A stretch of 64,000 nt of DNA from NCBI RefSeq assembly GCF_009914755.1, contig NC_060943.1. One strand, given 5' to 3'. Below the pieces are notes generated by a model that saw only the letters and a program-made list of their open reading frames with translations, was not told where the DNA came from and searched no databases. A program made the translations under genes and the position numbers. Source of the stretch: the human T2T-CHM13v2.0 reference genome, Homo sapiens. Shown piece by piece: positions 1 to 30,550 of this stretch. Each line of letters starts with the position of its first letter. The first letter of the stretch is position 1.

Positions 1-7100
<7,100 letters not shown>

Positions 7101-7896
7101 CCCAACTCCTGACCTTACCTCTAATCTCCCTTCTGCCCTGGGGCTCCTCTTCCTGTGTCCCCGCCACGATCCCTCGTCTCCACCCACGCCCTGTGTCCTG
7201 TTTAAGTTAAGCCTTTGCGTTTCTAGGGCTTTTCCCCAGCTCCAGACTCCCGTTCCTATCCCGTCAACTCGTGAGAATTCCGGTTCTCCTGCGGGATTAA
7301 TTATCCTACTTATCAGTTACTCTCTCTCGGGAGTTTAGGCTCCTGAATCCTTGCTCCGGAGACACTCCACTTTTCTTCCAATTCTCTCTGTACCCCACTC
7401 TTAATTCGTTGAACATGTTTTGGGTCTTCTTTGGCATTCCCAAAGCTTTATGTCCAGACACCCAACCAAGGTGATCCCTTTTCTCTCCCAGCCCTACCCC
7501 TGCTTCCGGGAACCTCCCGTGGAAGCAGGCAGGGGTAGTCCCACTGAGGACTCCCACGTAGGTCTCTTTACTGCCCTTCGGAGACCTTTTTGAAATCAGT
7601 CTGTCAGTGCTAAGAACCCATTTCTTCACGTTGGGGTTCACGTTGGCATTCTCAGGAGCGCTCAACGACCACTTGCTTCCAGGGTTAACTTCCGGAAAAT
7701 CCCCTTTTCCTCTCAAAATTTTCTTCTCTTCTCCAATATTCTTCCAGCCCCCTCGATGCTCCCTGAAAGGCCTCCCTTTTCACAGAGTTCTCGGAAACCT
7801 TTCCACCCTCTCAGCCTTAAGGGTTCCCTCAGACTCTTCTCATTATAGCATCCATCCTCTTGGTTCAGGTTCCTTTCACAACCCGTACTCCTTAGC

Positions 7897-8195
7897 TTTT
7901 TTTTTTTTTTTTTTTTGAGACAGAGTTTCGCTCTTGTTGCCCAGGCTGGAGAGCAATGGCGCAGTCTCAGCTTACCGCCCTCCACCTCCCGTGTTCAAGC
8001 GATTCTCCTGCCTCGGCCTCCCTAGTAGCTGGGATTACAGGCATATGCCACCATGCCCAGCTAATTTGGTATTTTTAGTAGAGACGTGGTTACTCCATGT
8101 TGGTTAGGCTGGTCTCGAACTCCCGACCTCAGGTGACCTGCCCGCCTTGGCCTCTCAAAGTGCTGGGATTACAGGCGTGAGCCACCGCGCCTGGC
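7897..8195 (-). mobile_element. Alu in LENG8 intron 1
   Basis: Antisense Alu with poly-T head. Confidence 0.92.
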
Positions 8196-8621
8196 CCCTA
8201 GAATTTTTTGTAGACCTTTTCCCCTTGATGGAGGCACCCCTACCCTCTGGACCTTTCATCACAGCCTCTCTTTGCTCACATGGGTTTCAGACCCTTCTCC
8301 TTTCCTTTGGGAAGTCTGCTCTGGCTTCCCTGTTTCCAAATCCTTCGTTTTCCACCTGGAGCTCTACAAAGGGGCCAGGGGCTTCCCCTCACTCCAGCCT
8401 TTCTAGTCCACACCCAGAACTCTTCAGATCCTTGACCCCAGTGGCTTTTCAGTCAGCCTCCCCTTTTCTGCCCAGCTTCTCTTGAGTCCATCTACTTTTC
8501 TTCCCCACTTTGTGACGTGTTTTTAGCTCCCCCTTAAGTCTCCCTAACTCATTCTTTTTCTCATAGGCAGTGAAAAAGCAGTCTGGCTCCCGAGGTCCAC
8601 CCCTTATACCCCAAGGTCCAG

Positions 8622-18208
<9,587 letters not shown>

Positions 18209-19038
18209 GCACCCAGCGAGGAGGGGCGGGGGCAGGGGCTGCAGCCCCCAGCGCTGCCTTTGCGGATTCTGTTTTTGAGCCGTGGACTTGGGTTGTAAAT
18301 TTATTTGTGGGGAGTGCGCTCCAGGAAGAGCCACCATCCCTGCCCCCGTTTTCCCACCGGGGAGTCTGTACAGAGATTTTTCTACGTTTTTATTTTTTGC
18401 CTCAGAGGGATGGGATTGGGGAGGAGGGGATGGGCAGCGGAGGGTTGGGGGCATGGTCTGCAGGCTCATCTGTGTCCGCCTTTCACTCCACTAATGCTGT
18501 CTCAGTGTTTTCTCTCTCTCTCTTTCGAGCTTGCACTCCGGTACCCGACCCGGCGCCCTGGCCCATCCCATGCCGGGGGGCCAGTGGAAAGAAGACAGGC
18601 CGTCCAGCCCGTGCCCGCCTGCGGCGGGGGCACCCAGCAAGCCCGCCCACCGCCCGCTGCCTCACCTGCTTCGCTACAGACTCTTGTTCCCAGCCCCTTG
18701 GGGCCTCCGTGTTTGGGGTGGGGGAGCTGCTTAGAGACTGTGCCCGTCCTCGGCCCCCCACCCTGAAGTGCCAGCACCACCAGCACCAGATCCTCCGCCG
18801 CCACACCGCACTGAGGACACGCCGGCCGGGCCGCCTCGTCTCAAGTTGTATAAAGTTGTCTCCGTGTCCCCTCCTCCCTCTGCCCCCAGTGTTTCTTCTG
18901 ATTTTTTTTTCCCCTTTCCCTCCCTCCCTCTCCGCATTCTTCCCTTGGTTCAGCACAGGTAAAACGGTTCCCCTCCCTCCCTGCCTTCATGGATCACCAG
19001 CTCACGTCATGTTGCCTTCTCTTTTCTTTGTGTGTGTG

Positions 19039-19044
19039 TTTATT
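19039..19044 (-). terminator. LENG9: Probable LENG9 polyadenylation signal AATAAA
   Basis: TTTATT on the plus strand, the first canonical signal ~325 nt past the LENG9 stop; further candidates at ~18300 and ~18389. Confidence 0.55.
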
Positions 19045-19275
19045 TAAGTTATTTTTCTTCCTCCTCTCCCTTTTCTTTTTGGCCCTCCCTCCCTCCCTCT
19101 TCTGCCATGTAACTGGAGGATGTGCTATGAGTTTGCAAACAGCTGGACTGTCAGGCTGCTTTTTTTCCAGATGTTCCTCCTCTGCCTCCCCTTCCCCTCC
19201 TCTCCCCTCCTTTTCCTTCCTTCCTTCCTTTCCTTGGAGCACTGAGCACCATTTGGAAGCTTGAGAGAAACCAAA

Positions 19276-19281
19276 ATTAAA
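19276..19281 (+). terminator. LENG8: LENG8 polyadenylation signal ATTAAA
   Basis: ATTAAA followed ~30 nt later by a GU/U-rich element (ctttgtctttcctgtgtggg). Confidence 0.7.
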
Positions 19282-19369
19282 GAGAGAAAGAGAGAGCGTG
19301 CACGCTCCTGCTTTGTCTTTCCTGTGTGGGCTGTTTGCATCCATTGTCTCCTCCAGAGGTCTGGGGGTG

Positions 19370-21100
<1,731 letters not shown>

Positions 21101-21103
21101 GGC

Positions 21104-21790
21104 CCCGCCCCTTTCCCGGTGATTGATGTGTGCTGCCTCTTTCTGGGTGATTTACATGTAATGCCCCGCCCCTTTCGGGATGATTACGTGTGCCTCGACC
21201 TTTAGGTGATTTACATGTAGTGCCCCGCCCCGTTCCCGGTGATTTACATGTGGTGCCCCGCCCCTTTCCTGGTGATTTACGAGTGCCCCACCCCTTTTAG
21301 GTGATTTTTTTTTTTTTTTTATGTGTGCCTCTCCCCTTCCCAAGTGATTTACATATGTTCCCCGCTCCTTTCAGGGTAATTTACATGTAATGCCCCGCCC
21401 CTTTCCGGGTGATTTACGAGTGCCTCTCCCCTTCTCAAGTGATTTACATGTGTCCCGCCCCGTTCCGGGTGATTTACATGCGTGCCCTGGCCCTTTCCCA
21501 GTGATACTTTTGTGCTGCCTCTTTCCGGGTGATTTACGTGTGTGCCTCTCCCCAAGTGATTTACATGTGTGCCCTGTCCGTTTTAAGGTGATTTACATGT
21601 GGTGCCCCGCCCCTTTCCGGGTGATTTACCTGTGTCCCATCCCTTTCCCGGTGATTTACATGTGGTGCCCCGCCCCTTTCCCGGTGATACCTGTGTGCCC
21701 CGCCCATGAGGGGACGTCTTTAAAGAACCTGGACCCGCCCTCAGTCCAAGTGATTTACATTTGCGGCCCCGCCCCTCTGGGAAACTTACG
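21104..21790. repeat. Degenerate 30-33 bp minisatellite (~20 units) upstream of LENG9
   Basis: Consensus GTGATTTACATGTGGTGCCCCGCCCCTTTCCGG; GTGAT anchors e.g. at 21206, 21239, 21272, 21588, 21621. Confidence 0.9.
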
Positions 21791-22384
21791 AGAACCTGGC
21801 CCCTCAGTCCAAATCATTTGCATGTTCGGCCCCATCCCTCGGGGGCCTTAAAGAACCAAGATGCCTGCGGACCCTTCCCCCACGGAGACCAGGCCCCTAC
21901 TGCTCTAAAAGTGTTCTCAGACACTTCCCTCTGCAGCCGCTCCCAGAGTAAACGGCGGCTCCGCCGGGTCGGAGTCCACCTGAGGCGTTCAGGGCCAGAA
22001 GGACTCCTGGGGCTGCAGCACTCTGCAGCCCCGCCTCGGCTGGCCCCGCGGTGGCTGAGTCTGGCCCGGCCCCAGGACCACGTCCGGCCGGCGGTGGCGC
22101 ACAGTATTTGACGAATGGGACTGCGGGAGCCGCCGCCTCTGCAAGGGGCACCGCCTGGCCACGCCCTCGGGCTCTCTTAAAGGAGCCGCACCCCCACCCC
22201 AGGGCAATCATCGGACCCGGACCAGGCCTCCGGGTGACACATCCGGCTCTCAGAGGCGCCAGGACCCTATCATTCATCCCTTTCCACGTGCAAAGTGAAA
22301 AGTCAGAGCCCGGGCACACACCTTGGCCGTTTATGTATACAGAAGTGGGGTGCCGGGCGGGAAGGGCGCGGGGAATGAGGGAAC

Positions 22385-22831
22385 CTAGAGGCCGATGACG
22401 TCGTTCAGCTCGAGGTCCGCGTTGGGGCGGCAGCGGGCCTGGGGGGGCTGCGTCCCGGGGCGGGGTTCCGCGTCGGGCTTGGCGGCAGCCGCCTCCGGGC
22501 GCGCCGCGTCCATGACGCCCAGCACCGCGTCCAGCATGGAGGGCCCCAGATCCAGGTGGAAGGACAGCAGCGGGTCGGCAGGCGAGGGCGCTGCGGACTG
22601 CGGGACGGCGGGCGGCGGCGGGGAGCGCGGGGCCCCCGCGGGGGGCGCCCGGGGCTCGGGGGGCGGCCCGCCGCCGTGGCGGCTCAGGAACGAGGTGTCC
22701 CCGAAGGCGTCGCCGCCGCGCCCCACGTGCAGCGTGTGCCGGAAGTCGCCGAGCGGCGCGGAGATGGACAGGGCGCCGCGATCAGGCCGCTTCTTGGGCT
22801 GCGCGGGGCCCAGCTGCTTCAGCACGGGCAT
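22385..22831 (-). CDS. CDC42EP5: CDC42 effector protein 5 (Borg3), 148 aa, single coding exon
   Basis: CRIB motif ISAPLGDFRHTLHVG, BH1 GDAFGDTSFL, BH3 LHLDLGPSMLDAVLGVM-like segment. The ATG directly follows the acceptor cctcgcag|ATG. Variant PAS CATAAA at 22335-22330. Confidence 0.95.
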   Translation of the reverse strand: MPVLKQLGPAQPKKRPDRGALSISAPLGDFRHTLHVGRGGDAFGDTSFLSRHGGGPPPEPRAPPAGAPRSPPPPAVPQSAAPSPADPLLSFHLDLGPSMLDAVLGVMDAARPEAAAAKPDAEPRPGTQPPQARCRPNADLELNDVIGL

Positions 22832-22947
22832 CTGCGAGGGGCACGGGAGGGTCAGCGCGGCCCCAGCCCGGGGCTCGCAGCCACGCGACTGCTCAAAGGA
22901 CGATGGGGGACGGTTCCCGTTTTTTGTTTTTTGATTTTTGTTTTTGA

Positions 22948-23100
<153 letters not shown>

Positions 23101-23902
23101 TAGAGACGGGGTTTCACAATGTTGGCCAGGCTGGTCTTGAACTCCTGACCTCAGGTGATCAACCCGCCTCAGTCTCCCAAAATGCTGGGATAACAGGCGT
23201 GAGCCACCGCGCCCGGCCTCCCGTTTCACAGATGGGGTAAGATGAGACTCCAGGAGGTCCCATGGGCACAGCTGCTGAGCTCACATTTGGATCTAACCTG
23301 ACTCCAGAATGCCTATGAACACCATGCTATGCCGATCCTCCTGAGAGCGAATACTTGAGCCTTCCTAGAGGTCAAGTAACAAATATTTCACAAACCCTTC
23401 AGAGTGCTTCCCAGACTTGACTGATAGAAAACTCCAGCTTGTTGGCCCGGGTGCGGTGGCTCACTCCTGTAATCCCAGCACCTTGGGAGGCCGAGGCGGG
23501 CGGATCGCTTGAGGCCAGGAGTTCGAGACCAGCCTGAGCAACATGGTGAAACCCCATCTCTATAAAAAATGCAAAAATTAGCGGGGCATGGTGGCGCATG
23601 CCTGTAATCCCAGCTAAAGTAGGAGAATCGCTTGAACCCCGGAGGCGGAGGTTGCAGGGAGCCGAGATCGTGTCACTGTATTGGCCACTGCACTCCAGCC
23701 TGGGCAACAGGAGTGAAACCCTGTCTCTATAAAAAGAAAAAGAAAACTCCAGCTTGTCAAAAATGGAAATTCCCAGGCTCCTGTTCTGAAGACAGGGCTG
23801 ACTCTGTCCATTAAGCAAAGCAGATCCTGCCTAGAGCCCACCACGCACACGAGGAAGAGGCCCAGGTGGGCTTTGCCTAGGGTGCATTTTATGATTTGAA
23901 TT

Positions 23903-24210
23903 ACAGTCCTTGGTATCTGTGGGTTCCGCATCAGCAGATTCAATCAACTGCTGATAAAAAATACTGGGGAAAAAAATACAGTAATAAAAAATGAGTACAA
24001 GTTTCAAACAATATAACAATTATTTGCAAAGCATTTACATTGTATTATGCATTATAAGTAATCTAGAGATGATTTAAAGTATAGGAGAGGATGTACATAG
24101 GTTATATGCAAATACTAGGGCATTTATATAAGAGACTTAAACATCTGCATATTTGGGTATCCATAGGGGTCCCAGAACCAGTCCCATCACTGCTACCAAG
24201 GGGCAACTGT
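23903..24210. mobile_element. Tigger3-like DNA transposon remnant
   Basis: ta-CAGT...gtatctgtgggttccgcatc...ACTG-ta termini with TA target sites. Confidence 0.65.
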
Positions 24211-24408
24211 ACCTGATCTTTTTTTTTTTTTTTTTTTGAGACGCTAATTTTTGTATTTTTAGTAGAGACAGGGTTTCACCATGTTGGTCAGGCTGGTCTT
24301 GAACTCCTGACCTCGTGATCTGCCCGCCTCGGCCTCCCGAAGTGCTGGGATTACAGGCATGAGCCACCACGCCTGGCCAACTGTACCTGATCTTGAGACT
24401 ACAACCTA

Positions 24409-25129
<721 letters not shown>

Positions 25130-25635
25130 TAGAAACGCAGCCACAGAGTCTGCCCATATCCTGGTCATTGCATGTTTTGTGTGGAACTTCTGGGAGGGAC
25201 TTTGATGACCTTGTACTTTTGTTTTAACAGTCACTGTTATCGCAATAATAAAAACCTATTTCAGTTGAAGCCCTACCCTTTGCCAGCTGTATGAACTGCA
25301 ATAAATTACTTTATTTCCCTGTTTACTTTTCTATCTGTAAGATAAATAAAATAACACTACCTTCCTTTCAGGATACATAGAAAAGTCTGATCAAAGAAAA
25401 CTATACTTGTAATAGTGCTAACCAATGGGTAATGCTAGCGTTGGGGGGAAAATATTTCCCTAACAATAATTGTGGAACAAAAATTAGGTTGGATAGAACA
25501 CTATGAGAAAGACAAAGCCGCTGACATTGTTTTCACCGTAACAGGCACCCTGGGAAGTATTGGTGATAATATGGAGGAAAATGAAAGCCAAAGGGATTTA
25601 AAATAATTGTAGATGGCTAGATTCTGAAGACTGGC

Positions 25636-25637
<2 letters not shown>

Positions 25638-25669
<32 letters not shown>
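25638..25669. repeat. (CA)n microsatellite
   Basis: Direct reading. Confidence 0.95.
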
Positions 25670-25672
<3 letters not shown>

Positions 25673-26177
25673 TTACATTGATTTCCATGGGGAAACCAGT
25701 TTTGATTTACTACCTCTGCAGCATTTATCAAATTTCTCTGACCTCAACCTAGATGAATAAATATATTTTTATCGTTACCTAGCACACAATCTCCACTCTC
25801 TCCTTCCCCATAATGGAAACAAAAATTTTAAGAAACAAGATTTGTCTTGTTTTGAGACAGGGTCTCACTCTGTCACCCAGCTGGAGTGCGGTGGTGAGAT
25901 CTTGGCTCACTGCAACCTCCGCCTCCCGGACTCAAGCGATCCTCCCACCTCAGACTCCTGAGTAGCTGGGACTACAGGCTCATGCTACCATGTAGTGTTA
26001 TTTTTGTATTTTTTTTTTTTTTGTAGAGATGGGGTTTCACCATGTTGCCCAGGCTGGTCTCAAACTCCTGAGCTCAAGCAATCTGCCCGCCTTGGCCTCC
26101 CAAAGTGCTGAGATTACAGGTGTGTGCCAGTAAGCCCGGCCAATACTTACTTGTCTTACAACGTGGTAGATACTCTG

Positions 26178-26345
26178 ATTCCTTCCTTCCTTCCTTCCTT
26201 CCTTCCTTCCTTCCTTCCTTCCTTCCTTCCTTCCTTCTTTCTTTCTTTCTTTCTTTCTTTCTTTTCTTCCCTCCCTCCCTCCTTCCTTCCTTCCTTTCTT
26301 TTCTTTCTTTCTCCTTCCTTCCTTCTTTCTTTCTTTTCTTTTTTG
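26178..26345. repeat. (TTCC)n/(TTTC)n microsatellite
   Basis: Direct reading; derived from an Alu tail. Confidence 0.9.
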
Positions 26346-26346
26346 A

Positions 26347-26604
<258 letters not shown>

Positions 26605-27704
26605 TGAGCCACCACACCCGGCCCCTACTCTGATATTTTCTATTGTAATCTATTTTATTTTTAAATGTTGAGCTCAGCTCATTAATGTATCTTCTGGATC
26701 CACAGTTTAAAAAAAAAAATCCTCTCTAGCTGCTAACAGAGCCTATGATCTCAGCACTTGCTCTGCTGTGGGTCAGAGGTGAAAAAGTGGAATTCAGAAA
26801 GTCCATTGCACAGGTTTGAATCTGGCTGTGCTGATCGCTCTGTGGCTTTGAGCAACTTACTTGACCTTTCTGACCTCATTTCCTTATCTTGAAAATGGCA
26901 TGATATTAATCTAATACTTCCCAGTCCTTTTGCAAGAATTGGTGGAGGGATATGTCCCTGCAAGTCTTGGCACAGTGCCCAGCGCACAGGGAATGTTCAA
27001 TTAACATATGCTCAATGGAGTCACACCTCGGATCATTCTCCCAGTGTTCCAGAGAAGGAAATGGGTGATCCGAGACAGGACGTGACTGACCAAGATCACA
27101 AAGCCAGCTCTAGGGAACTCCAGTGTCTAGAGCTGGCTGCCTCCACTCTCTGCTGCCTCTTGACTCGTGGACAGCTCTCAGCCCCTGCCTCTGGTCAGAC
27201 CCAGCTCCCAGCATGCACCTCGCATCCCCCTTCCATTGCCCTATCCGTTGCCACCACTTTTCAGCACCTGGCAACACACATAAAGTCTTGGTTTCTGACA
27301 TCACACACATCTGGGCTCAAATTTTGCCATTTCCTTCTTGTGCGATCCCAAACTGGCTTCCTCAGCCTAAAGCTCAGTTTACTCCTCAAAAAACAGGGGT
27401 TGGAACTCTTGTTTGTGGCTGGGCGCCGTGGCTCACACCTACAATGCCAGCTCTTTGGGAGGCTGAGACAGCAGGATCACTTGAGCCCAGGAGTTTGAGA
27501 CCAGAATGCGCAACAAAGTGAGATGATCTCTCTACAAAAATAAAAATAAAAAATTAGCCAGGTGCTGTGTCATGCACCTGCAGTTCCAGCTACCTGGGAG
27601 GCTGAAAAGGGAAGATCCCTTGAGCCCAGGAGTTTGAGGCTGCAGTGAGGTATGATCGTCCCACCGCACTTCAGCCTGGGCAACAGAAAGAGACCCTGTC
27701 TCAA

Positions 27705-27915
27705 GAAGAAAAGAAAAGAAAAGGAGAGAGAGAGAGAAAAAGAGAGAGAAGGAAAGGAGGGAGGAGAGGGAGGGAAAAAAGGAAGGAAGGAAGGAAAGAG
27801 AAAGAAAGAGAAAGAAAAAGAAAGGAAAGGAAGGAGAAAGAAAGAAAGGAAAGAAGGAAGGAAGGAAGGAAAAAGAAAGAAAAAAAGAAGGAAAGAAAGA
27901 AAGGGAAGAAAGAAA
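27705..27915. repeat. Polypurine (GAAA/GGAA) tract
   Basis: Direct reading; tail of an AluJ-like element. Confidence 0.9.
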
Positions 27916-28875
27916 GACTACACTGAGGGTGCCGAAATTTTATTTTCCAAGTGCTTATCCTGGGCCAGGCACCAGCCTGAGTGCCTCCCCATGAATGAAC
28001 TAATTTATTTAATCTTCAGGACAACTCCATTTTACAGATGCGCGATGGCTGAGACACAGAGAAGTTAAGTCACTTGCCCTGGGTCACACAGTAGCAAATG
28101 CTGCGCTCCAGATCTGGAATCCAGACGAACTCTTAGCTCCCCATAGGAGACTACGGGCATGCCACCCCATGAGAAAAAAAATAATAATGTTCTGATTTGA
28201 TATGAAGGCGAGAGATTTCCTCTGACACCCTTGATTGTCTTTTTTCCTCTCCAGTCCAGACCAGAACAACGAGTTGGAAGTCGTTTTCGAATGCCACCTC
28301 TGCGCCCTAGCTCTGAGACCCTGGGTAAGTCGCTTCACTTCTGCCAGCCTGCGTGTCCTCTTAAATAGAAGCCTCTGACCTCCCTCTGGTTGAATTGTGT
28401 TTAAAGCAATGAGGTCATGCTCGGAAAAAGTCCCTCACGCTGCCAGGGCTCGGGACAGAGGGGCTGTTGTTTGTGACCAACGTGGAACAGGCAGAAAGCG
28501 GGGCGCGACCGTGGAGCCCGGGGAGGCCCGGGCCGCGCGTTCTCCCCCCGCCTCCGCCCACCCCTCTCTTTCCTGCTGGGGCAGGGCCACGGCTCCAGCT
28601 GCAGGGTGGCGGGCACAGCTGGTTCACCTCTGTCCTCTCTCAGTCCCGGCCCCGCCAGGACGGAAATAACAACCCACTCTAGATCCGGCCCAACTGGTTC
28701 TCAGACCCGTGGGAACTGCGGTGCAGCCGGGTCGGGGGACCCCAGATGGGGAGACCCCCGGCCCGGCGAGGGCTTCACTGCGCGCTTCCTGCAGCCACGT
28801 GGCTGCGGCCGGGAATTCAGCGGCCCTTTTCCCTCCCGACCGGGACCCAGGACCCCTGTCCCCACCGCGCCTTAC

Positions 28876-29016
28876 CTCGCGGTCCTCCCAGAGCGGGGCG
28901 GGCGCGCGCTCACGACTCCAGCTCTAGCCCGGACCCCTGGTTCCCTGGCTCCGAGTCCGCCTCCGTCTCCTAATCCCCGGCCCGCGCCTTCCTTCTTCCT
29001 CCGGGCGGGTTCTCAC
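28876..29016 (-). other. CDC42EP5: CDC42EP5 non-coding exon 2 (141 nt)
   Basis: Minus-strand acceptor actttccttaccag| at 29017 and donor CGAG|GTAAGG at 28875, inside a CpG island. Confidence 0.7.
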
Positions 29017-29159
29017 CTGGTAAGGAAAGTGTCATGTGGAACCCGGAGGGAGATTCAGGAGCCAGGCATCCGGGTCCGTAGAGCCACCTCCTCCTTCGCC
29101 CTCAGGTCCTAGGCGTCCTAGATCTTCGCTTTCTTAATCCCACCCCAGACCCGAAAGTC

Positions 29160-30290
29160 AGGGGCCCCCAGCCCCTTCTTCCTCAGACCCAGGAGTCAAG
29201 ACCCCCCAGCCCCTCCTCCCTCAGACCCAGGAGTCCAGACCCCCAGCCCCTCCTCCCTCAGACCCAGGAGTCCAGGCCCCCAGCCACTCCTCCCTCAGAC
29301 CCAGGAGTCCAGGCCCCCAGGCCCTCCTCCCTCAGACCCAGGAGTCCAGACCCCAGCCCCTCCTCCCTCAGACCCAGGAGTCCAGGCCCCCAGCCCCTCC
29401 TCCCTCAGACCCAGGAGTCCAGGCCCCCAGGCCCTCCTCCCTCAGACTCATGAGTCCAGACCCCCAGCCCCTCCTCCCTCAGACCCAGGAGTCCAGACCC
29501 CCAGCCCCTCCTCCCTCAGACCCAGGAGTCCAGGCCCCCAGCCCCTCCTCCCTCAGACCCAGGAGTCCAGACCCCCCAGCCCCTCCTCCCTCAGACTCAT
29601 GAGTCCAGACCCCCAGCCCCTCCTCCCTCAGACCCAGGAGTCCAGACCCCCAGCCCCTCCTCCCTCAGACCCAGGAATCCAGGCCCCATCCCCTCCTCCC
29701 TCAGACCCAGGAGTCAAGACCCCCCAGCCCCTCCTCCCTCAGACCCAGGAGTCCAGACCTCCAGCCCTTCCTCCTCCCTCAGACCCAGGAGTCAAGACCC
29801 CCCCAGCCCCTCCTCCCTCAGACCCAGGAGTCCAGGCCCCCAGCCCCTCCTCCCTCAGACCCAGGAGTCCAGACCCCCAGCCCCTCCTCCCTCAGACCCA
29901 GGAGTCCAGGCCCCCATCCCCTCCTCCCTCAGACCCAGGAGTCCAGGCCCCCAGCCCCTCCTCCCTCAGACCCAGGAATCCAGGCCCCATCCCCTCCTCC
30001 CTCAGACCCAGGAGTCCAGACCCCCAGCCCCTCCTCCCTCAGACTCAGGGGTCCAGACCCCCAGCCCCTTCTTCCTCAGACCCAGGAGTCAAGACCCCCC
30101 AGCCCCTCCTCCCTCAGACCCAGGAGTCAAGACCCCCCAGCCCCTCCTCCCTCAGACCCAGGAGTCAAGACCCCCCAGCCCCTCCTCCCTCAGACTCATG
30201 AGTCCAGACCCCCAGCCCCTCCTCCCTCAGACCCAGGAGTCCAGACCCCCAGCCCCTCCTCCCTCAGACCCAGGAGTCCAGGCCCCACCC
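29160..30290. repeat. MSR1 minisatellite (36-38 bp units, ~30 copies) filling CDC42EP5 intron 1
   Basis: Unit CCCCTCCTCCCTCAGACCCAGGAGTCCAGACCCCCAG matches the chr19q13-enriched MSR1 consensus. Confidence 0.92.
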
Positions 30291-30320
30291 CTGGCAAGCC
30301 CTGGCATAAGGCCCCTTTAC

Positions 30321-30550
30321 CTGCACCGGGAGCTAAAGTGTCAGCCCCTCTCGGGGGCCATGGCAGGAGCCCAGGCAGAAGCGGAATCACCGCCCAGTCC
30401 CCAGGCAGAGAGGGTTTTGGCACAGGCCCCTCCCAGGCTTTCTTATCCCCCAAAAGTTTGCCTCTAGGAGTTAAAGGACTAGAAAGCAGTGGTGGAAAAG
30501 CTGAGGCCCCTCTGGGCGGAGTGTGGGGGCGGGAGGAGGCCAGGACTAAG
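30321..30550 (-). other. CDC42EP5: CDC42EP5 non-coding exon 1 and GC-box promoter (5' end approximate)
   Basis: Minus-strand donor GCAG|GTAAAG at 30320; SP/KLF GC boxes at 30512-30600. Confidence 0.6.

Noticed and set aside
21104-21790. CRISPR-like reading of the conserved GTGATTTAC core with variable intervening sequence
   Set aside because: The intervening parts are diverged copies of one unit rather than unique spacers; human DNA, no cas genes. The same applies to the other tandem arrays.
29599-30201. 200-aa Pro-rich ORF
   Set aside because: Translation of the MSR1 minisatellite.
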